DNA of 64,000 nt from Candidatus Spechtbacteria bacterium (GTDB lineage: Bacteria > Patescibacteriota > Minisyncoccia > Spechtbacterales > JACPHP01). The notes under the pieces were generated by a model. The model was not told the origin of the DNA and did not search any database. It saw only the letters and a program-made list of their open reading frames with translations. The translations under genes were made by a program, and so were the position numbers. The stretch spans positions 2,846 through 66,845 of the forward strand of contig JACPHP010000013.1 of the NCBI GenBank assembly GCA_016188605.1, read 5' to 3'. Positions 58,373 to 64,000 of this stretch are shown piece after piece. Position 1 is the first letter of the stretch. Every line of letters starts with the position of its first letter.

Positions 58373-59492
58373 CGAGAGCCGCCGAAGAATACTCTAGCAT
58401 CTTTGGTCTTATGACTACCTTCTTCTCGTCGCTTCGCTCGATATGTCCGGCATAACACGCGCCAAACCTATTAGGATACGAATATCCTTCGAGTACATCC
58501 AAAACTTTCTTCACGTCTGCTTCTGGTACATAAATGGCAAAACCTGCTCCCATATTGAAGTTGCCGTAGGCTTCCTGATCATCTATAGGACCCTGCTTTT
58601 GTAAAAAATCAAAAATCGGCAGTTGCTTGGGCAAAGATTCAATAATATAGGCAAAAGGTTGCGTTGCGCGCATGAGCTTGCGCCAACCATGACCTGTAAT
58701 GTTTACAGCGTAATGAATATTCACGCCTCGATTTAGGCAATCTTCTACCAATGGGGTATAGATGCAAGTAGGGTCTAGAAGCGCATCTCCATAGGTTCGT
58801 CCATCACTAAGTTGAGTGAGGTAACCGTCCGGCAACCTATCAGCAATCTTTCGAGCCATAGTAAGGCCGTTAGCATGTATCCCCGAGCTCTCGATCATAA
58901 TAATTGCATCGCCATGCTGGATATTACTTGTTGCGATCAATCGCTTTTTTGGCTTAATGATACCTATTGCCGAGCCAGATAAAACAAAAGTTCCTGGAAT
59001 GATAATGTCTTTAAGAGTAGGAGTTTCCCCTCCGCCCCACGTACAACGAGCTAAGTCGCAAGCCTTCTTGTGTCCCTCGATAAGATCCATGCATCGCCTC
59101 TCGTCATCAAACCAACTTGAATCGCCGACAGCAAGATGCATAGCTACTGAAAGAGGCAACGCGCCAAGTGTAACCATATCATTAACAATCATTGCCACAT
59201 TGCATTGCGCGATATTACCGTAATAATACTTCCCCGTAAGACGATGCATTGCGTCAGCAATGAGACTCTTTGTACCAAGTCCTTCTTCGACATGAGCGAG
59301 ATAACTGTCTTCTGTCTCAATAAGATAAACGCTTTCTCCCCTGCTCGTTCGTACTTCCTTAAACTCTCCATTATTGAATCGACTAATATTACCTGCGGTT
59401 TCGCGCGCCGCGAGTTGCGCCATTCGCTTAAATGGATCCATGGCCTCGTAGTCAACACCAACACCAGCGTATGTCATTTTTTTGTCCATCAC
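58362..59492 (-). CDS. purM: AIR synthetase-like protein (PurM family)
   Basis: PurM blocks are recognisable: YAGVGVDYEAMD, EEGLGTKSLIA, VAMIVNDMVTLGALPL, WGGGETPTL, GDAIIMIESSGIHANGLTMARKI, AVNITGHGW, YGNFNMGAGFAIYVPE. At 376 aa it is somewhat longer than typical. Confidence 0.7.
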   Translation of the reverse strand: MMDKKMTYAGVGVDYEAMDPFKRMAQLAARETAGNISRFNNGEFKEVRTSRGESVYLIETEDSYLAHVEEGLGTKSLIADAMHRLTGKYYYGNIAQCNVAMIVNDMVTLGALPLSVAMHLAVGDSSWFDDERRCMDLIEGHKKACDLARCTWGGGETPTLKDIIIPGTFVLSGSAIGIIKPKKRLIATSNIQHGDAIIMIESSGIHANGLTMARKIADRLPDGYLTQLSDGRTYGDALLDPTCIYTPLVEDCLNRGVNIHYAVNITGHGWRKLMRATQPFAYIIESLPKQLPIFDFLQKQGPIDDQEAYGNFNMGAGFAIYVPEADVKKVLDVLEGYSYPNRFGACYAGHIERSDEKKVVIRPKMLEYSSAALDVR

Positions 59493-59527
59493 CCACTCCT
59501 TGTCAGATTATTGCCCGCCGCCAAAGA

Positions 59528-59588
59528 AAAAGCCCTATTTGAAACAGGGCTTAAGAAATCAAAGAATTACTTCTTCTTTGATTTCTTT
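59528..59588 (-). terminator. Tandem hairpins; rho-independent terminator region downstream of the isochorismatase-like gene
   Basis: AAGCCCTGTTTCAAATAGGGCTTTTTCTTTGG on the minus strand. An adjacent perfect 12-bp hairpin GAAATCAAAGAA..TTCTTTGATTTC follows. Confidence 0.55.
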
Positions 59589-59700
59589 GGCTTTTTCTTT
59601 TCTCTGCGCGGAGCGCTATTTCCTTTTGCCATAAAATGTATGTATTTACATTAACTAAAGACCTTTAGTGTCTAAATATATTATAGCATAATAAATCTAT

Positions 59701-60327
59701 CTACCAACTTTCTAATAGCTCGTTTGCATTAACTACTCGAGCAAACAAATAAGGAAAGGTATGGTCCAAAAGCTCTTTTTGTATATTTTGCCTAATAGGA
59801 ACGTCTGTAGTTTCCACTAAATCCCTTAAAACTACAAAGTTATAACCCTTGGAAAAGCCGCCTGCTACCGTAGCCAGCACACAGCCATCGGTAAAAGCGC
59901 CGGCGATTACAATATATTTGATGCCTCTTTTTTGCAGATCTTCTTCTAAAGCAGGGTTTGCTATGGCATCGTTGGTATTCTTCACTATTACTAAATCGTT
60001 TTCCTTGGGCTCAATTCCGTAGAATTGCTCGGGAAAACCCGTAGTATCTTTTGAATAATACGCGAATCTGGAATCGGAATAGAGATTGTTAATGTTTTCA
60101 GCCAAATATTCTTTAGTCCAAGGGACATTTTTGGTAAACACTATCAACCCGCCAATTTTATTGCGATACTCTTCAATAAACCTAGCGAGTCTAGGAACCA
60201 TCATTCTAATTTTTGAAAAATGAATACCCCACTCCGGAATCTCGCATTTTTCATTGGCGCTGGAATTAATAACGTCAATAACAAGAAGAGCAGAATTTGC
60301 AGTATTCATTTCTGGAAATGGTTTCAT
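59701..60327 (-). CDS. Isochorismatase-family cysteine hydrolase (second paralog in window)
   Basis: ALLVIDVINS (catalytic Asp), a conserved Lys, and IVIAGAFTDGCVLATV (catalytic Cys). Start set at the Met of MKPFPEMNTANSALLVIDV. The longer listed ORF overlaps tRNA-Trp. Confidence 0.6.
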   Translation of the reverse strand: MKPFPEMNTANSALLVIDVINSSANEKCEIPEWGIHFSKIRMMVPRLARFIEEYRNKIGGLIVFTKNVPWTKEYLAENINNLYSDSRFAYYSKDTTGFPEQFYGIEPKENDLVIVKNTNDAIANPALEEDLQKRGIKYIVIAGAFTDGCVLATVAGGFSKGYNFVVLRDLVETTDVPIRQNIQKELLDHTFPYLFARVVNANELLESW

Positions 60328-60395
60328 AGATATGTATTTGCGGGGGCTGAGAGAATCGGACTCCCGATCGTGATTTTGCCTGCCCGCCATACTTG

Positions 60396-60466
60396 CGGGA
60401 GTGCCAGGACTCGAACCTGGATACCTAGTTTTGGAGACTAGAGTCCTGCCGTTGGACGACACTCCC
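60396..60466 (-). tRNA. tRNA-Trp (anticodon CCA)
   Basis: Minus strand: GGGAGTG-TC-GTCC-AACGGCA-GGAC-T-CTAGT-CTCCAAA-ACTAG-GTAT-CCAGG-TTCGAGT-CCTGG-CACTCCC-G. All four stems are perfect. 71 nt. CCA 3' end not encoded. Confidence 0.85.
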
Positions 60467-60600
60467 ATAGAGGCAAGGTAGGCGGGGAGACCACAGTTAT
60501 ACCACTTAACTAAGCCCCCCGACTAAATTAGAATTTCCAATTTCGAATTTTGAATAAAATTAGAATACTTTAATATCCTAATTCTTAAACAACCCAAATG

Positions 60601-60655
60601 TCATCTCGAGGCGCTTTGCGACGAGAGATCTCTCGCGCCACGCTCGAGACGACAA
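60601..60655. repeat. Palindromic element, copy 2 of the GTCATCTCGAG...CGAGAGATCTCTCG...CTCGAGATGAC family
   Basis: Lies immediately 3' of rpmG. The other copy at 41437-41497 has identical arms and an identical internal palindrome. Confidence 0.8.
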
Positions 60656-60669
60656 ACTTACCAAAACGC

Positions 60670-60837
60670 TTATTTCCCTTTCTTCTTGCCTTCGGAGTGC
60701 TTGGTATGAGATCCGCATTCTTTGCAGAACTTCATATATTCAAGCTTGCGTTCTACCTTCTTTTTGTTCTTTGATGACCAGTAATTCACATTACTGCACT
60801 TTGAACACTGGAGTTTAATGAGATTATCTTGTGACAT
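60670..60837 (-). CDS. rpmG: 50S ribosomal protein L33
   Basis: Not in the ORF table because it is 55 aa. Minus-strand translation gives MSQDNLIKLQCSKCSNVNYWSSKNKKKVERKLEYMKFCKECGSHTKHSEGKKKGK, the L33 C-x2-C...C-x2-C zinc ribbon. Confidence 0.8.
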   Translation of the reverse strand: MSQDNLIKLQCSKCSNVNYWSSKNKKKVERKLEYMKFCKECGSHTKHSEGKKKGK

Positions 60838-60975
60838 ATGTGATAGAATTTGTTCGAAGCGAAGCGAGATTACAAATTCATCATCCCGCCCGCATCCCGC
60901 GTGGCGGGATTACATTTAATTATATCTTACGGCTTGGCGTGAACCCCGAGGGAGGGGTAATACCAAGTTACCTTG

Positions 60976-61048
60976 AGCCTGAGGGCGGGATTGAACCGCC
61001 GACCTCGTCCTTACCAAGGACGCGCTCTGCCAACTGAGCTACCCAGGC
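60976..61048 (-). tRNA. tRNA-Thr (anticodon GGT)
   Basis: Minus strand: GCCTGGG-TA-GCTC-AGTTGGCA-GAGC-G-CGTCC-TTGGTAA-GGACG-AGGTC-GGCGG-TTCAATC-CCGCC-CTCAGGC-T. 73 nt. Confidence 0.85.
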
Positions 61049-61059
61049 TATTATATACG

Positions 61060-61143
61060 TGGGCGGTGAGAGAATCGAACTCCCGTAGGCATGAAGCCAG
61101 CAGATTTACAGTCTGCCCCGATTGACCGCTCCGGCAACCGCCC
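61060..61143 (-). tRNA. tRNA-Tyr (anticodon GTA), long variable arm
   Basis: Minus strand: GGGCGGT..GCAGA-CTGTAAA-TCTGC-TGGCTTCATGCCTAC-GGGAG-TTCGATT-CTCTC-ACCGCCC-A. 3-bp D-stem as in bacterial tRNA-Tyr. Confidence 0.8.
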
Positions 61144-61229
61144 AATAGCACGCCTGAAATTGGCAGGGTGTGCAACGTCAGTATCTTACCATATATTAGC
61201 AGAAAGTTTAATAAGGACAGGGACTGTAA

Positions 61230-61340
61230 GCCCCAAATCCCAATGACCAATGCCCAATCAAATCCTAATACTCAAAATCTCAAAAACGTTTTGGTCATTT
61301 AGTCATTAGGTCATTGATTGGTCATTTGAAATTGGTCATT
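61230..61340. repeat. Word-based palindrome (word CAATGACCAATG / CATTGGTCATTG)
   Basis: Lies between tRNA-Tyr and typA. Confidence 0.8.
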
Positions 61341-61415
61341 GGTCATTCTCTTACGATAAACTCAGCAAAAAAGATTATAAATTGAATTCGTTTACCAAGC
61401 TAAGAGCCCCAACCC

Positions 61416-63299
61416 TTATTTCATTCCTTTCTTTCGTCTCTTTTCCTCATCCTCATCAAGAACAACCTTGCGAATACGTACATTGAGTGGGGTGATTTCC
61501 ACCAACTCATCATCGCCAATATACTCAAGCGCATCTTCCAACGTCATCACCCTTGGCTCATCAAAGTGCTCGGACACGCCTTCACCCTTTGAGCGCATGT
61601 TGGAAAGCTGTTTTTCTTTGCACACGTTAACAGCAATATCGTCACCTCTGCTATTCTGCCCGACAACTTGCCCCTTATATACTTCCTGGCCAGGTCCGAC
61701 AAAAAGCGTTCCACGATCTTGCACGTTTAGCAAGCCATACAAGCGCGTTGTGCCTGTTTCGTGCGCTACAAGTGAACCGTGTTCGCGCTCCAAAACCTTG
61801 CCACCCTTTGGGTGGTAGGCATCGAACAAAGTGTTGATAATCCCAAGCCCGCGCGTATCAGTTAAAAATTCGTTGCGATAACCAAACAAGCTCGCTGTTG
61901 GCACACGGAACTCGAAGTTCGTTACGCCATTATCTGTTTTCATGTTTATAAGCTGACCTTGGCGGCTGCCTAATTTCTGAATAATAACGCCGCCATATGG
62001 TTCAGGAACATCAATAAACAACAGCTCGTACGGCTCCATTTTTTGCTTCGGCCCGCTGGAGCCATCTGGCAAAAGGGGCCCGTCAATTTCTTTTTCAATA
62101 ACCTGCGGGCGTGATACTTGAAACTCATATCCTTCGCGGCGCATGCGCTCGATAAGAATAGCGAGGTGAAGCTCTCCACGGCCTGAAGCAATCCATCCGC
62201 CATTTATATCTTCAATGCGCAAAGCCATATCTGTTTCAAGCTCCTTGTAAAGACGATCGCGGATTTGGCGTGACGTGCTGTACTCGCCTTCCTTTCCCGC
62301 AAATGGCGAAGAGTTTATGGAAAAAGTCATCTTCACTGTTGGCTCGTCAATTTTTAACAAAGGAAGCGCAGTAGGGTTTTCAACAGAGGCGATTGTTTCG
62401 CCGATATTAATCTCCTGAATTCCTGAAATTGCCGCTATATCTCCCGCCTCAACGCTCGCTGCTTCTACACGGCCAAGTCCAACGAAAGTCATCAAGCTTG
62501 TAAGCTTGTATTTCTTTATTTCTCCCAAGTGGTTAATATGCGACACTTCTTGCCCCGCGCTAATTGTGCCGTTATAGACGCGGCCGATAGCAATACGCCC
62601 GCGGAAAGGGTCGCTCGTAATATTTACCGCCAACATTTGAAGAGGACTTTCTGGGTCTCCACCCGGAGCTGGAATGTGTTTTTCAATCGCATCAAAAACA
62701 GGCTTAATGTCTTGCATTGCCTCAAGGTTATTTTCATTTCCGGCTTTGCCAAGTTTTGCGGAAACATATAGCACTGGAAAATCCAAAGTCGCGTCATCAG
62801 CGCCAAGCTCAACGAACAGATCGAACGTTTTGTCCAGTACGTGATTTACTCGAGCGTCCGGACGGTCAATTTTGTTTATTACCACGATAATCTTATGCTT
62901 CATTTCCAGCGCCTTTTTCAAAACAAAACGTGTTTGCGGCATCGGACCTTCCTTGGCATCAACAAGCAACAGACATCCGTCAGCCATTTTCAACACGCGC
63001 TCAACCTCACCGCCGAAGTCGGCGTGGCCTGGGGTATCAATAATATTTATTTTTATTTTACCCGTCGGCTCGTCCGCCAAAGCTTTAGCGTCGGCGGAAG
63101 GATTCCATATTACCGATGCGTTCTTAGAAAAAATAGTAATTCCACGCTCGCGCTCAAGCTCGTTGCTATCCATTATGAGCTCGTTCTGCGCTACTTCTTT
63201 CTCCAGATGAGTTTTTGATTGGCGCAGCAAAGCATCCACTAAAGTGGTTTTGCCGTGATCTACGTGGGCTATGATAGCTACATTTCTAATTTGAGACAT
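61416..63299 (-). CDS. typA: Translational GTPase TypA/BipA
   Basis: [20 protein letters not shown]1 motif, EF-G-like domains II-V. Length is 627 aa. Confidence 0.9.
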   Translation of the reverse strand: MSQIRNVAIIAHVDHGKTTLVDALLRQSKTHLEKEVAQNELIMDSNELERERGITIFSKNASVIWNPSADAKALADEPTGKIKINIIDTPGHADFGGEVERVLKMADGCLLLVDAKEGPMPQTRFVLKKALEMKHKIIVVINKIDRPDARVNHVLDKTFDLFVELGADDATLDFPVLYVSAKLGKAGNENNLEAMQDIKPVFDAIEKHIPAPGGDPESPLQMLAVNITSDPFRGRIAIGRVYNGTISAGQEVSHINHLGEIKKYKLTSLMTFVGLGRVEAASVEAGDIAAISGIQEINIGETIASVENPTALPLLKIDEPTVKMTFSINSSPFAGKEGEYSTSRQIRDRLYKELETDMALRIEDINGGWIASGRGELHLAILIERMRREGYEFQVSRPQVIEKEIDGPLLPDGSSGPKQKMEPYELLFIDVPEPYGGVIIQKLGSRQGQLINMKTDNGVTNFEFRVPTASLFGYRNEFLTDTRGLGIINTLFDAYHPKGGKVLEREHGSLVAHETGTTRLYGLLNVQDRGTLFVGPGQEVYKGQVVGQNSRGDDIAVNVCKEKQLSNMRSKGEGVSEHFDEPRVMTLEDALEYIGDDELVEITPLNVRIRKVVLDEDEEKRRKKGMK

Positions 63300-63519
63300 A
63301 AAATTAGGACTTGCGCGTTTGGCGCATTTCGTTGTTGCGGGCTCCGTTCCTCGACGCCGTATACTATATACGGCTTACTCCAGTACTCACCCGCGCCTAG
63401 AACTGCACTCAAACGCGCAAGTCCGCAATATATACAAAAGAAAAATCCGCCCAAAGGCAGATTGGCTCCTTGTCTAATGATTATATCAGAAAAATGACCT
63501 TATTGCAATAGCTGTAGCC

Positions 63520-63558
63520 CTATCCTAGGGTCGTCAGACGACCCTAGGATAGGGCAGG
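63520..63558. repeat. Perfect palindrome GCCCTATCCTAGGGTCGTC|AGACGACCCTAGGATAGGGC
   Basis: 20-bp arms. Shares CCTAGG and GGGTC..GACCC modules with the palindromes at 748-794, 1747-1787, 12052-12075 and 17343-17363. Confidence 0.9.
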
Positions 63559-63642
63559 TTTTGCGCAAGACTGACTTCTACAACGAACCCTGCAACCGAA
63601 TAACCCTCGCTATAAAGCGAGGGTTATTTTAACCTAACTCAT

Positions 63643-64000
63643 TTAATTCGTAGCAGCGGCCTGTTTCTGTAATAACTGCTGTAATAGTTGGTGATCATGT
63701 AATAGTTGCTGCAACTGATCTTGGTTAATACATGTATTGCCCGCGCATAAAGTATCCCCAATTACGGTATCCGCAGTCACCCTATCCGCCACAATTTCCT
63801 TCACCTGCAAAATCCCCTCTTGAATATACACGCCTAGCTTACGCAGACCTGCTTGAATGTCGCTAATAATGTAATCAATCACTGAAGTAGAAGCTGGGGA
63901 GTTTGAAGCTGTGCCTACCGTGCCTAGCGAGTTTAGCGTAAGCGCTCCATATGGATCCGCAAACCCCACGCTCACAAAGACAAGGATTGCGCCGACTGTT
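63643..64000 (-). CDS. Hypothetical secreted/membrane protein with Gln/Leu-rich C-terminus (N-terminus beyond window end)
   Basis: The frame stays open upstream of the listed GTG (…TVGAILVFVSVGFADPYG…), so the gene probably continues past position 64000. Confidence 0.3.
   Translation of the reverse strand, partial: TVGAILVFVSVGFADPYGALTLNSLGTVGTASNSPASTSVIDYIISDIQAGLRKLGVYIQEGILQVKEIVADRVTADTVIGDTLCAGNTCINQDQLQQLLHDHQLLQQLLQKQAAATN

Noticed and set aside
59568-59632. A 21-aa highly basic peptide, MAKGNSAPRREKKKPKKSKKK, on the minus strand between purM and the isochorismatase-like gene. It could be a tiny ribosomal-type protein.
   Set aside because: There is no Shine-Dalgarno sequence. It overlaps two terminator hairpins. 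Its composition simply mirrors an A/G-rich stretch. It does not match L34, L35, L36, S21, S22 or THX consensus.
60341-60400. tmRNA (ssrA) 5' end on the plus strand. GGGGGCUGAGAGAAUCGG superficially resembles the GGGGCUGAUUCUGGAUUCGACGGG start of tmRNA.
   Set aside because: Downstream sequence runs straight into tRNA-Trp and rpmG on the opposite strand. There is no G3:U70 alanine identity pair. No tag reading frame or pseudoknot region is recognisable. The stretch is better explained as the flank of tRNA-Trp.

Overview
The window is a 64 kb stretch of a compact, gene-dense bacterial chromosome with roughly 45% GC. Coding regions read as housekeeping genes.

Gene content, in order along the window:
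- A UvrD/PcrA helicase, partial at the window start.
- A small 2-oxoacid dehydrogenase module: octanoyltransferase LipB, an E2 acyltransferase, and a fused E1 alpha/beta subunit.
- CorA-like transporter, CysRS, ArfB, PurF.
- DnaB interrupted by a LAGLIDADG intein.
- RecR, L21, a GT4 MraY/WecA-family transferase, RmuC, GtrA.
- A nadK-nadD-pncA-pncB NAD salvage cluster. pncB is visibly more GC-rich than its surroundings.
- A complete F1Fo ATP synthase operon, atpBEFHAGDC.
- RdgB, LysRS, two GreA-family genes, PBP2-MreB, ProRS, RseP, RRF, DNA polymerase III delta prime (HolB), two GT1 glycosyltransferases, a Nudix hydrolase, a second MreB, MurA.
- The rpsI-rplM and infA-rpmJ-rpsM-rpsK-rpsD-rpoA-rplQ ribosomal clusters.
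- An isochorismatase-like hydrolase, PurM-like and NDT-like gene trio.
- tRNA-Trp, L33, tRNA-Thr, tRNA-Tyr and BipA.

No CRISPR array, transposase, phage integrase or recognisable defence island is present.

The most striking signal is non-coding. Almost every intergenic spacer is occupied by a long imperfect palindrome of 60-180 bp, built from tandem copies of a 10-12 nt word followed by reverse-complement copies. This includes spacers inside the ATP synthase and ribosomal operons. At least three sequence families recur:
- An AT-rich caaatctcaaat / atttgagatttg family.
- An accgactaccgcatac family.
- Families built on the words cgaataacgaat and gaatacagaatac.

Some elements carry a GC-rich core hairpin, CCGCCAGAGGCGGGCAGGCGCCTCTGGCGG, next to TCAGCCAAAGGCTGA.

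Near-identical direct copies (about 96-97% identity) bracket single genes. This is true of atpA, atpC and mreB2. Two inverted near-identical copies lie 9.5 kb apart, one 3' of each MreB paralog.

A second family of perfect GC-rich palindromes with CCTAGG and GGGTC..GACCC modules occurs five times. Two copies sit in frame inside the helicase gene. Partial copies of the GC-core motif form the 3' end of lipB.

All calls are made by eye from motifs. No database search was possible.
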